Assembly: GCA_012026655.1 (NCBI GenBank)
Contig: JAAILG010002154.1
Coordinates: 1-57,462 of the forward strand
Origin: Hydrolagus affinis
Lineage: Eukaryota
Length of the DNA stretch: 57,462 nucleotides
Reading direction: 5' to 3'
A program made the position numbers and the translations under genes. This document shows, piece by piece, positions 12,623 through 25,813 of the stretch (the first letter of the stretch is position 1; each line of letters starts with the position of its first letter). The notes under the pieces were generated by a model. It searched no databases. It saw only the letters and a list, made by a program, of their open reading frames with translations, and was not told where the DNA came from.

Positions 12623-14780
12623 CACAATGTCCCACACACCGTTCCCTTTCCTCTAAATCATTGAGATTTGCCTGAAAATATCTTTAGATTCTTTAGATTT
12701 AGAATACTTTAGATTCTTGTTTATTATTTGTTCCTTCGTGTTTATCTGCATTGTTTCACTTGACTCATCGGCACTCAGTGTGGATGGTACATAGTGATTT
12801 TATGATCCCGGTGTTATGTTTTAACTGGAGTTAACTGCCTGACCAATTTTGACAAGGTCAAAAAATCATCCTCGGGTTAGTTTCTTCCAAAAGGTTAGAT
12901 GATTTATTGCCATAACCTTAAAATGGCAGGTGGTTCAGGTTTGTTGGACACCTAAACTTTGTAGAGTTACTACATATTAAAACTTATTTATGTGGTTTGG
13001 TTCCATGCCCTGTTTTTACACAATCAGCTGAATGTGTTTCCTGTGATGGGTAATGTTTTATAACACCTGAAATACTTCAGCCTTGGTGTCTGAGGCCTAA
13101 TGGGATGGTAGCTTATGTAACACCAGTTATTAAAGCATAGTATCTACAGCAATATCCACAGCAGAGTGGTTGCTATTAGTCACTGCTTAGAATTTAAAAA
13201 CTGAATGCGTTTTTTGTTGAAAGAAGATTACTCCAAAGATTTGTACTCTGTTCAAACGTGGTAAAGAGCTATACTCCAAAATCCATCCAACTAGTCTGTT
13301 TTTCCAGCCTATGTCTTGTGCATAAGCACCTCAGCAGCTCTAGATCGATTGGCAATAAAATCGTCTGATATTAAAGAGAGTGTCAGCGATCTCAGGCTTC
13401 AGTTGTGTTCCATTATGTCAGCAACAATTGGAAATGCAAACAATTGCTTCTCTCTGGTTCTTTTTTTTAATATAAAATATACATTTCTCATCTTACTCTC
13501 CCAGCCCCCCCACCCAAAAAAAGATGATTTGTGTCAAGCAACACATCTGCAGTGATTAGTGGAAAAACGATCGCATAGCATCTTTGGTTTCCAAAGAATA
13601 GAAATATAAGAGCTGAGCCATGTTAACAATGAGAGCAAGATGATTGTAAAGCTTTCAATGCAGCAGTACAGCATCCCCTTTACATCCATGAAAAGCCCTG
13701 CAAACGGAGCTCCACAGAGTCTCAGCGTCAAAACAGATGATGTAAGATGATGCAGCAGAGTGTCCTTCATATTTAACAGTTCCTGGAGCAAGAAGAGCAT
13801 TTAAACTGGTCGCACAAACCAGATGATGGGAATCACAGCACAGATGGTTTGTTCCTACAATTTGATTTTCAGGCTTTTATACTATTGCATGTACAACAGT
13901 TTGGATATTGAACCCTATCTGATTTTATATTTTGTATAAATTAACCAACAGATGCTCCAGTGACATCTGCTGTTCCAATCATGGAACCGTATTAAGATGA
14001 CATTTGGCCAGTAATATTATAAGTTATGTACAGCAATGGTTCACGTAAACAACATGCACATGGTTTTCTATAAACAGTTACAGATATACAAGATTGTGAA
14101 TGTATTCAAATGTCTAAGTGTGTAAACAGTAGAATTAATTGTCATGTTAGTTTTAGTAAGGAATTAATACAGTGACAGTAGATCTTGGTCGCAATCGCCC
14201 GAATTGAATTCAGCTAATTTGTACCAAAAATTTTGAAAAAATTACCTGTCTTACATAATAGTTATATTTTTCTAAAAGAAAAAAGTAAGTTGCAAGGCGT
14301 AACAGAATCCCAAGACTTTGATGTCTGCTTTTCTGATCTGTCATTGTTAGCCTCCTTTTATAGAGCTTGGCGTGATATGATCCTGTTCCCAGCAGTAAAT
14401 CAGTGCGGAAGGCATATGGGTGAGTGCCCGTGTGTGCATTGAACTTTGCTCAGCAGAAATTGAATTTGTGACGTACAAGTTGCACGGCTTGGCATTGCCT
14501 TTACACATTTGCTCATTGGAGGATTTCAAATGCAAAACTGATGGGTTGTGGTTTATTTATTTGCACCCTTCCATAATTGCACATATAGTGGATAGATTAT
14601 TACAGTAATTAGATGAAGACAAGCTTGTTACTCTGTTGAATGGGCTTTGACACTGTTGAGGAAATTGTGGAAAGTTTGAATACTGATAGTGCACTATTGT
14701 AATTTTATATATTAGCATAACCTATTTTTAAAATGCCTGTATAGGATGCTTTCAAAGATCCTCTCCATTTTGGCAGAGTA

Positions 14781-14890
14781 AATAATAATAATAAATCTTG
14801 CATTTTGATATAGTGCTTTTCACATCTTATCGACTCTCAAAGCACTTCACAGAATATACTGTAAAGTAAATTGACTATTTGTGGGCGAAA
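14781..14890 (-). mobile_element. SacSINE1-like SINE tail
   Basis: (aat)n...tctcaaagcacttcacagaatatactgtaaag...tttgtgggcgaaa. Confidence 0.7.
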
Positions 14891-17800
14891 TTCAAATATA
14901 TAAATTTGTAAACCCTTAAACTCCTTTGGAAAGAAATTAACCACATATAAGTTGAATGCATTGTCCTTTCTGATTCTACAAGATAGTGAATTTTATCATT
15001 ATTTGTATTTGAATGTATAGTGTTCATTCATATGAAAGATAGTATCACACTTTGTTAGCTGCATTTAATTAGTTTACTTGTGTTCTGTCAAATCTAGGGG
15101 AAGCAGTTTTCATGTGAACTCTGTTCTCCAGAGTAGAAAGAAGCAGTTTCAAGTGTGGCAGCTTAATTCTTTCAGAATCACATATCACCTGAGGGCTGGT
15201 GGAAAATCTTCTCGCAGTCCTTTAGGAATGCTACTCTAGGCCAGCATTCACGAGTGCACAAGAGTAGCTAGGGGAAATCCTTTGTCAGGTTTTCCATCTT
15301 CCCCTAATAGGAGTCAGTGAGCCTCTGTTTGGCACACACCCAGGATGATGTGGCTGAAAATGGTGACAAAATTGACCATGTTATTCGACAGTGCTGATTG
15401 TGCTTGTTTCAACATTCTGGCAACCTGCTCATTCTTTGGAGCAATTTCCAGCTCTCATTTGTGACATCGAACTCCTTAGTAACTGAAATCATTCTAAAGA
15501 TCGTAATGTATATGTTCTTGTGTATATTTCTTTACTTTCAACTTAAGTTTGAGCTTTTAATCTGGAATACTTCTCTATTGGGAGCTGGACAATTACGTTT
15601 TCAAATTGAAAAGATTGACTTCAGTAATAGTATGGACCCTAAGGATTAAAATCTTGTCCTCCCTTTTTTTAGTTATTTTATTTAACCTACCCCAAGCCCC
15701 TGTGAACTATTTAACCACCAACATTTTTACTCATCAGACTTTTGGCAGTCTCAGTTGTCCATTTTCTGAGCCAGTCGGGTCTGTTGTATTCTAAGGCATT
15801 GAGGTAACACACCAAAACAGTCTGGCTGGTCAGCAGGACTTGGAGGGTGAACTGGGAGCAGGGATTCTTAAATACTGTATTGGCTGCTGACAAGCCAAAC
15901 CCTAATGGGTAGCATGATCCTAAATGGATAAGCAGCACAAAGCCTGCCAGCCATGCAATTTTAGCTGGTTAAACTCTCAACAATACTTACCCCAGTGTGC
16001 ATAGTAGGGTTCCCAAACCTTGGCTCTCACCAACCTCTGCCGAATACTCCCCAGGATTAGTTCAACAAGGTGTAATTCTCCAGGGAGAGAGTGCATTCAA
16101 TCCTAGGCATAGAAACTGGCATGTGTAGTTGGCATACATATGTGAAACTCTTTCTGGTTTGGTTTCTCTTGTGAGTGGGTATCTGCATCTGTTGTACCCA
16201 TCCAGTCAAACAATCAGATTGGGTTGGTGTGCGGATAGGATTTTACTTCTTTGGAATTCACCTACTATGTAAGTTGCAGGAAACCTAGGTTTTTAACTGT
16301 ACTGTAAAGAAATGTCTGGCTGCTGGTGGAAATACTGCCTCAGGGCATCAATTAAACTTTGTAAGTAAAGGGAATATAGTACTATTATTTGATCAATCTG
16401 TCAAAATGAAGGGAACTAAACTTACCACAGAGGTCAACTCAGGAGTTTTAGCCAAGTTAAACTCTCAGTTGTTTTGCTGTCTCTGCTTGGAAGTTCACTA
16501 GCCAACAGCTAGGCTGCTAAATAGCTGCATAAAATCAAATCCCAAGTTTTATATTTAAGTGCTTCGAGACGTCGATAAGACGCGGAAAGCGCTATATAAA
16601 TGTAAGGATTATTATTATTATTAGTTTTTTAAAAGGCCACTTTTTTGTTAAAAAGGCTGCTGATTAAGTTTCTGGTTGCTGCTTACTACTTCGCCTGTAG
16701 CTGGCCGGCAACCATTGCCACAGTGGTTGCTGAGAGACTCTCTGTGCCTGTGAGCTATGCACATGAAGCTAGCCAGTTGGAGCCGGATGTGTACTGCAAT
16801 CATGATATACTACAGGTCCATGACACAGTGACCTTATAAATGGACGTGTGCAGTATTGAAGTGTGTCAAAACAGACCTGACGGCTATTTTTATTGTGTTC
16901 CCCACTGCCTATGGGTTGACTCTCATGTGGAATTCAGTGGAAGGTATTATTTACTGCAACAAAAGTATTTGTTTTTTTCACCGCTTCCCTCACACACACA
17001 CACCAAATATATTCCATAGACAGATTAGTCTATGAGACTAATCTCATAGTAAGAGAGTCTTACTCTCTTACTCAATACTCCTTTCTCCCACTCCTAATAC
17101 CCATCACTGAAAAAGATGTCCACCTTAAATGGTGAGATCAGAAGAATTTCTGTTGGTCTTCCTTACAATAGATACATCATGCTTTACATTTTTAAGCTGT
17201 GGCTATTTTGATCACCAATTGTAAATTAAAGTACAATTGGGTTTTGTTTGATAATGTTGGACAATGCTTAACTCATTTTTCAGTCAATCTGCACATCATT
17301 TCCTGATCTGGTAAACTGAAGAGGGCAATTAGCTCTGCTGTACACAGTAATGTGATTGGAACAAGACAGTCATGCCCTAACTATTTGACCCCATGAACAT
17401 TTGATGAGTGATTTCGAGTTTGTCAATGAATCAGTTTAAATGTGAATTAAAAAGCTTTTTAAAAAACATTTGTCGTGTTGCAAAACTCTTTGGGAAATGT
17501 GCTACAGTATTAGCAAATGGGTTGCAAACTCCCCTTTTAAGATAGCCTGCTGAGCAGTGAAATGGGAAGGAAAAAGTTGCAGAAACCAATAGGCAAGTTT
17601 TCGTTTATCCAAGAGCAAGTTTTGTTTTTATAAATGGTTTTCTTCACAAGAAACCAGTTTCCACCTGCTGAGTCTGCAGAACATTAAATTATATAGGCTT
17701 CTTGTGGAATAAATCCATTGAGGGACAGGCTCATTTGATTTTAGAAGACCATTATTACAAACTGGTCACCCATCATCTTCAGTCAGTGTAACTTGACTTT

Positions 17801-19299
17801 ATTGCTTTGTATGGATAACCTTTCAAAGTTATGCATAATGTTTGTGTGTAGGTATAAAGCGTCTCGGTGACATCTTATTGCCTAAATTTTTTTAAAAAAG
17901 TCAAATGAATAAATGAAAGGATAAAATCAGTAACCATGAATATGTAAAAATTGCATTTGATTTAGCGCCTTGTCAAATCGTTGGGACGTCTCAAAAGTGC
18001 TTCACAAAGTGTTGTCAAGTAAATTGACTATAAATTGAAACTATGTATGAAGTATCTACTGTATGTAGCTTTCAGGATTTTGGATTTGTGTCATTCTATG
18101 ATTTTAATATTTGTGCATTCAGATAGTTTTTGAGCATTGTCTCCTAGTACTTTTTGCGCATGTTTGACCGTCATTTACTTGTTCTAGGTGGGGATTCCAG
18201 GATTTCAATCTGTTTCAATCAACTGCAGTGTGGTTGATTACACACCAGCCTACTCCTCTGGCACTTGTTAACATTCACGCTCAGTCACACATTCCAGTAG
18301 AAAAATCAGTCTTTTGTACGCTTATCCCAAGATAGCCAATGCTTTTGGTTGTCTCAGCAGCTGCACTCTACAGGAACCCACCCCTTATTTATGAAGCCCT
18401 TCAATGTACCATTGGATAAGATGGCTGGATAGATAATGGACATTTTGTCATGTGAAAGCACGAAAATCCAATCATTGAGACTAGCATGAGTTGGTTAGGT
18501 TGCACGATACGAGAAGAGAATATTGCGAGTGCATTGCGTGAGAGCTGCTGGCTTGATTTCCGGGCATCATAAGTTACCCAGTGGTTTCACTCATGATGTC
18601 ACAAATCTGGAAGCTCTGAACAACAGTTTCTCAATTAGCACCCTCGCTTCAAACAAGAGTCAAAATTTTGTGGATCTCAATAACCACGTTCTCCTATATC
18701 TAGTGTAGTGCAAATTCTCAATTTGACATGTTGGTTAGAGTGTTCTTTGCCGGTGTCAGAAATTTATTGCAGAATAATTGGGCAATGTTTTTTGCAGTGT
18801 TCTGCTTTCAGCTGAGCTGTAGTTAGACTTCTCATTAATGCAAGACATGACTACTGCCTATTGCTTAAATGTCCTGGCTTGGGTAGATATCATAATCAGG
18901 ACAAGGCCAAATGATTAAGGTACTGACTGCTGAAGTTGGGAACATTATTCTCTCAACTTTTCCACATATTGCAACACTAGTTTCTGAGATGATTACATCC
19001 AGAGAGAGAAAGAGTGAGTATGAGAGGAGAGAGACAGAAGCCAGAGTGGCTGTGGTGGTAGTACTGTGGTATTCACTGATGTTATTAACTTCTGAAGGAA
19101 GAAAGTTTGGGGTTTTGGATTGCATCAGTCAATTTGTAGTTTGCAAGATGGCACTTATCAGCGTTATTTGCTTATCTACAATGGGGCCAGCTCCAAATTC
19201 TGTGGTTAATTGATTCTCTGTTGTATTGCCCTTTTTCTGCCATTGCTTGCACATTGCCTTATTTGCACACACCAATGCTGAAAATTAGGTCTTAAATGT

Positions 19300-19439
19300 A
19301 TTTAAATGGGTATTAAGGGATACAGGGTGAAAGTAGGGAAATTGGAATTGAAAGGATTAGGAGCGATATAGATCAACCATGATCTAATTAAATGGGGGAA
19401 CATGCTTGACAGGCTGAATGGCCTACTCCTGTTCCTATG
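19300..19439 (+). mobile_element. CR1/HER1-type LINE 3' end
   Basis: gatcaaccatgatctaattaaatggggga...ggctgaatggcctactcctgttcctatg. Confidence 0.75.
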
Positions 19440-20000
19440 CACTCAATTGAGACTTAGCATGCCACAGGTCATCAAGGGATAATGTTTTATGTGGATTAAT
19501 TTTTTTTCGCCTGGAGGTCAGTGACTGTAATCCTAACAGTGCTCAAGAGACTTGAGTTGTGGCTCTTTGATCAGAAATCAAGTGAGAATGATCCTTTCTG
19601 GTTCAAATCCTCCATTGGACAGACCTTGTACTTTGTCATGTTGCATTAAGTTTAGCAATCAATTTCTATGTATAATGATACATTAAATATTTGTGATTTA
19701 TACAGTAAACCAATTTAGGTTTTGCTATATTGGTTTAAAATTACTTTTATATTGTATTGCACTTTGGAATCTTTATTATTATCTTCCTTCTAGCTTGATA
19801 GTAACATTTTAGAATTATTATTTTAGAAAATTAATATTTTAGAATTATTAATGTCCTTTCTCACATTTTGTCTACCCTGGCTCTACAGGTACCTTTTATC
19901 TCGTGGTAGTTAACCAAAATACTTATTTGGCTTGTAAGTGGGATATTTGATCAGGACTGGATACCCAAATTGGTTCTTTCAGGAACTTGAGACCATTTAG

Positions 20001-20230
20001 TAATAATGATAATTACATTTGTTATAGTGCCTTTGACGTGTGTATTTTGTAGGTGAACATGGCAGCCAATTTGCATGCAGCAATATCCCACAGAGCATGA
20101 AGTGCATTACTAATTTTATTTGGAGGATTGTTGGCCAGGACCCTAGGAGAAATTCCCAATTGTTTTTGAATAGTGCCTTAGGATTTTTAAACCTTCATCT
20201 GAACAAGCAGATGGGACTTTGATTGAATGT
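20001..20230 (-). mobile_element. Decayed Deu-domain SINE (tail plus central part)
   Basis: ggcagccaatttgc...ggccaggaccctaggaga...gaatagtgccttaggatttttaac. Confidence 0.6.
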
Positions 20231-20454
20231 TTTCCCCCTACTGATGCCCCAATTATGATCAATCAGCCTAAACTGGTCATACTTTTTCTTGTTTTATTTC
20301 ATCTGGTCTCCTGCAATGAGCCTTAATAATTCAATCCTTAACAATAATCCTTGCGTTTGATATAGCACTTTTATCACGTCTTCGAGACATCACAAAGCTC
20401 TTCACATTATATTATATAGTAGAGTGAATTGACCGCGTATCTTGTGGGCGAAAC
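20226..20454. repeat. Left arm of long inverted repeat (84-bp core 20226-20309 plus SINE tail 20341-20454)
   Basis: Reverse complement of 21765-21977; core 82/84 identical. Confidence 0.92.
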
Positions 20455-21711
20455 TTCTTGCTTCAAAATTTAGGTTTTTAAGTTTTTTGTAAATAAAAAA
20501 CAATTTTTTGTGGTGGGGGTTGGGGGGTAGAAAACAGAAGGGGTGGGGGAAAGATAAGTTAGCCAGCAGCTGATGGATATCATATTATGGGGCTATTGTG
20601 TAATGCCTTTCTCACTTGGAAAGAAGACTTCTATTATGTGCTATTGAATGAGCTGTACATGTGATTCTTATCGGTGAAATAGGAATTTTGCAGTTATTGG
20701 TAAATGTATTCTATTTATATCACAATGGTGTAACATTTAAATATTTCTTAAACTATTGACTGGATAGTTTGTTGCCTTTCTTGCGCTGACTAAATTGTGA
20801 GTCGTGAGATGAATTGTGACTGTCGAGGGCATTGGAGGCTGTTAAAGTGTTGTTCAGTTTAAATTAGACCAATCCATGCATCAGGAGGGGGTATACTTGT
20901 ATCTTAATTTTGATTAGCTCCAAAATTGGTCTTTTCTGACATGTACAAAGTGATTTTAATTTACTGTTTGTTCCTTAAGATGTACTTTTTGGAATTATAC
21001 AATATAATTTACATTGTTTATATTGTGCATTTCACTTTGGGAGAGCGTCTCAAAGCAATCATCATTAATACAAGATTCAGTCAGCCATTGACATTGATTA
21101 GATTTTCAGAAGTCAAGGAGGTGGTTTCAGATCACCACATCAGATGTGATGTGCACTGGCAGTAGTGTAACTACAGTACAAGCAACATCTGTAGCAGATC
21201 TTCACATCATGATACAGTACCACACAACACAGCAATGCATTCCTGAAGGCAGGCTACATTCCTGAGTGCTGTAACATGGTTCATATCACTTTTCGGTGTT
21301 GCCTCTAAACTAAAACGAGAGTTCAACTGTTGCTCTGCTTTTTGTACAAGTGGGACGATAGAGTAATTGGAAATAAATAGCTTTGCCTAATTGAATAACC
21401 TGAGAGCACAGTAGCAGAACATGATTAGTTGGTACTGTATCATAACCTTCCACTGTAATATTTATTAACTTGACTTTTTTAAAAATCTATTTGTAGTACC
21501 ATAATGATTGTAAAAGTGTACATGTGTTCCAAGAATGCACACCCTGTAAAACTGGAGACATTTATACTTCTGTACTTGGCTTGCTAAACTAATTTTCTCT
21601 CATGAGACAAATAAACTGGTCATATAATGAAATAGTACAGTAATATACACGACCTGTTGCTTATAGTTGCAGGAGTTTTTTTATTCAAGATATTGAAAAA
21701 AAAACTAATTT

Positions 21712-21977
21712 CGTCACTCAATCCATGACTGTTTGTGGAACGCTGCTGTGCACAATTGCATGCTGCGTTTCATCCACAAAATATAATAAATTCGCTTTAT
21801 AGAATATCATGTGAAACTCTTTGAGACATGTAGAAGATACAAAAGCGCTATATTAAATGCAAGTATTATTGTTATGGATTGAGTTATTGAAGTAGACCAG
21901 ATGAAATAAAATAAGAAAAAGTATGACCAGTTTAGGCTGATTGATCATAATTGGGACATCAGTAGGGGGAAAACATT
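21712..21977. repeat. Right arm of long inverted repeat (SINE tail 21712-21873 plus core 21894-21977)
   Basis: agaccagatgaaataaaataagaaaaagtatgacc...agtagggggaaaacatt complements 20226-20309. Confidence 0.92.
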
Positions 21978-22564
21978 ACAGTACAATATATAATTTTCCC
22001 CCAACGTCTTGAGTTTGTGTATTGTAGGCAGACTTTTTTTCACATTGCAGTCTGTTCAGTATTATGAACTTAGATTTGCTAACCTCAGAAATTTAAAAAG
22101 TCAGATTCTAGATTACCTCAACAACTGTACCTCCTAGCGTTCTGATAGTTTATTTGGACATGTGAATGTGCTTTGTGCATATATGTTGACCTTGACCTAC
22201 TTAGATAATGTTCCTGTGTTAGGTGGACTTCTAAGAAAGGAAGGAATTCATTTGTTTGGTGTTGAGATTCAGATTGCTTCAAAAAATAGCATTTGTTTGC
22301 AAGTATTTTATTGTTTCAATCTGGAATCTACACATGGAAATGTTTCTGTCTGAAGTGAATTGTGCACTCACTCTTTGGAGTGATGCACCCTGTTTAGCCA
22401 CTTTGGGAGAGTATTAGTTTCAGGTTGGCAAGAGAGTTGAGGCTTGGGTGGGGGGCCAGAGTGTGTCTTGGAATACTGAACCAGCAGAAACCACATCACT
22501 TGCCAATGAGAGGAGAGCAATGGGTGGAAAGCTTCATGCTGTTGACCAGCTAGTCAAGTCCTGC

Positions 22565-22728
22565 CTAAAGACCCTGCTTTTCGATGGTCCCATTGGTCAC
22601 TCCAAATCCCTCTCTTTCCCTCCTCCCTCCCTTTCCCGGCTCGGGTCTGAAACAATGACGGTCCAGTGCCTTGTGACGTCTTCCTGATGTGAAAGACGCT
22701 ATAAAAGTGTAACTTTGTTGTTGTTGCA
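22565..22728 (+). mobile_element. L2-type LINE 3' end
   Basis: gctcgggtctgaa...gtgccttgtgacgtcttcctgatgtgaaagacgctataaaagtgtaacttt(gtt)n. Confidence 0.7.
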
Positions 22729-25659
22729 AGTGGTCAGGCTTGCAGGATTTATGGGAGCTGAGTAGGAAGAATCCCTGTCCCAAGGGACTGATTCAGATCA
22801 TTTTTTTCACTGTTCCCATTCTCTCACAGAGAGCAGGGTAAATTGGGTAATAAATCCGAAATGTTGAATTTTGATTTTCGTTTATGGTGACTTTCCCCCC
22901 CCCCCCCCCCCCCTCTCTCTCTCTTCTACCAGTGATTGGCAAGCAGTACCATATACTTGTTGTTCCAATGGTTTTAAACATTGAAATTCATCTTTAAGTC
23001 CAGGCACTGATCACACTGCAAACATCAAATAGCCATACTCCTTGGGGACTGAAGTGCACTTGATTATCAGATTGCCCTTTCACCTCTTAACTTTTGGGAG
23101 CAATCAAACTCTTGGCCTCTGCCAGCTGGAAGGATCCCCTTGGGAAATGGGTTTGAGCAGTCTCAATTCATTTTCAAGAAGGTATCAATCTACAGTAAAA
23201 TTGCAACATGTACCTACACTGATTTCTATCTGGTTTAGAAAATAGCATCTTTTGCATCACGATAAGCTCTTTAGAGGCATGCTTAAGGCAAGTTGTCGGG
23301 AGACATTAGACTCAGCCAACCGTGCTATAACAGGGTTTCCCTGTAGTTTAACAATGGGTACTGCCATGTTGAAATAAATGAAGTTGAATTCAATTCATTT
23401 ACTGACAAAGACCATACAAAGCCTGATGACACAAGCACGCTGTTTTTACACTTGTTCATTTCATTCAAAGATGGTGCTTGACATTTTCATTAGGTTTACA
23501 TTCAACACACCCAATCAGGAAAAAAAAATGTTAGCTAACGTGGGAAAGAAAGCAATTCAGAATAGTAAGCCTATCTTTATTTGCATCTGAATATTTTGGA
23601 GTGATTGAAGTCTGGACTGAATGGCCACATTGGAAACGTTTGACTGCCCTCTGAAATATCACACTTGTACAATTGAGGATGTTCTTGTTCAGTGGAAGTG
23701 TACCACCTAGAAGTTACAGATTTGGAACTCGCCCTATATAAATCGCCACCAGCTGCCAACTTTCTGTGTATCAATCTTCAAATTTGAACTTTGCCCCAAA
23801 AGCAGTCTACCCAGTTTTGATTTATTTAATATATAGAATATGTAAAAATATTATTCAGTTCTTTGAAGCAATGAATACCTTGCACTTAAATACCTCAAAT
23901 TAGAACATGGAGCTTTTTGTTCCTGCTTAGTGTTTCAAACAGCAGGATGGACTAAATGAGTAGGACGCTGAGAGAGCAAAAATAATTATAAGCCTAGTAT
24001 GAAATTAACGTTTTCATCTACAAGGGAATTACATACAGTGCCCATGTGCTTCTTGTAATAACCTGAAACAAGTGGTGCCTTGAATATGTAAGATTAGATC
24101 TATAAGAGTAAGTAATGGAAGATGAATCCAGAGAAAGCATAACTACTAATCCAAAACAATTAGTTTGGATTTGGGAAAGCTTCAGAATGAGCTGATTAGC
24201 TGTTTGTTGGAAAATGTTGGCTTCCTGGATGGCATCACCGTTTGCTAAAGAGGTTTGAATTCTTCTCTTTGCTGAGTTAGCTGATCTAACTCAGAGGGGG
24301 CACTATAATTAACCTTCGCCCGAGAATGTTTCTTTGTAGAATACTCTGAATAAACTAATTTAAATGTTCACTTCAGAAAATTGCATTGGTCATGCATGGG
24401 TTATGTTGATATGTTTAGCCTGCAACATTGCTATTTAGGTTAAATTAAGAATTTACACCGCCCAGTATCCAGATTACGTACACTTAGAAAATTATTCCTC
24501 ATCGGCGTAGTTTGGTTTGAGCCATTCCTGGAGGATTATGGTTGTACTAAAAGGTTTAACTGTTTTCTTATGTAAATTTTCCTTTTTTTTAACAAAAGTT
24601 TGTTTGATGTGAAGCATCAATTGTGGTGCCATTTGAATTGTTGTCTTGTGAGTTTGTCTTCAGCTGTGTTCAGCTGATTTTTGTGTAGAAGTTGGCACCT
24701 CCAATGGCCACTGAGGAATCTGCAATGTGTAATTGTTGAATTTTTTAAAAAAAAGATGCTCATGGTAGTTTTAATTAATGGGTACATTTTGACGAAAAGC
24801 TGAAATAATTTGCTGTTTTTCTCTTCAATTCTTGTATAAGGTGGACATATATAATAATTTCCATTCATGGAGAATTTTACATGCTAATTTTTGTTTAACT
24901 TTTAAATATATGCAGTGTTTTTGTTGAAGGGTGGTGGTGCCTTGTAGAGCTTCTGACTATTATGAACTGATCTGCCCTTGCTTAACTGAGGTAATTGCGG
25001 CTGTAGCTGTCAATAGGTTTTCTATTGTCTTTGACAGTGACGAGGATAACAAAATGAAGACTGGGCCATTTGATGTAAACATTCACACCATGTATAAATT
25101 ATAGTTTGCTCTTGGTTGAAGTGCTGACTAGCAGAATAACAATGGAGGATCAGTCTCCCTACAAAGAAACAGTAGTGGTTTGTTGACTTTCCTCCCAGCT
25201 CTTAACAAAATCCTCCTTAAAATTAGTTGCTTTCTGCCCAGGCTGCATCATAATCTCTATGCTTCATTACAAGTGTAAAATGCACAAATATTGCATAGAT
25301 TATTTTTTATTCGTCTTGTACTTTGTCGCATAGTTAATATTGTTTTTATTCAATTGCTTTATACGATTTTATAAATGTTTGGCTCTGGTGATTTTGTAAC
25401 AATCTTGATAAAACCAACAGATAGTGAAATGGTGACTTATTGTAAAGCAGCTCCATCTGCTGCTGCCTGAACTCTATAACTAGCAAACTGCAAATGAATT
25501 ATTTGCTATGTTGCAATACCTCACTTTCTCGTGTCAAAGCCACACACAGATTCTGGTTGTTAGAGAACTCGCCTTACAAGCGTAAGACCTGTGTTCAAAT
25601 CGAGGCGTGTCAGATCACACGTCTAATAATAATCCTTCCAAAAAAAAACACAATAAAAA

Positions 25660-25813
25660 TTGGTCATTTCATTCCATGGCTGTTTGTGGGGACGCTGCTG
25701 TGTTTCGCCCACAAATATACAGTCGATTCACTTTACAGTCTATTCTGTGAAGCACTTTGAGACGTCTAGAAGACGTGAAAAGCGCTATATCAAATGCAAG
25801 GATTATTATTATT
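25660..25813 (+). mobile_element. SacSINE1-like SINE 3' part (well preserved)
   Basis: gtgaagcactttgagacgtctagaagacgtgaaaagcgctatatcaaatgcaaggattattattatt. Confidence 0.75.

Noticed and set aside
18989-19013. ATG ATT ACA TCC (MITS, like the STAG1 start) followed by a gtgagt donor
   Set aside because: Similarity is only four residues; phase 1 does not join the phase-0 acceptor at 27751 and no linking exon was found
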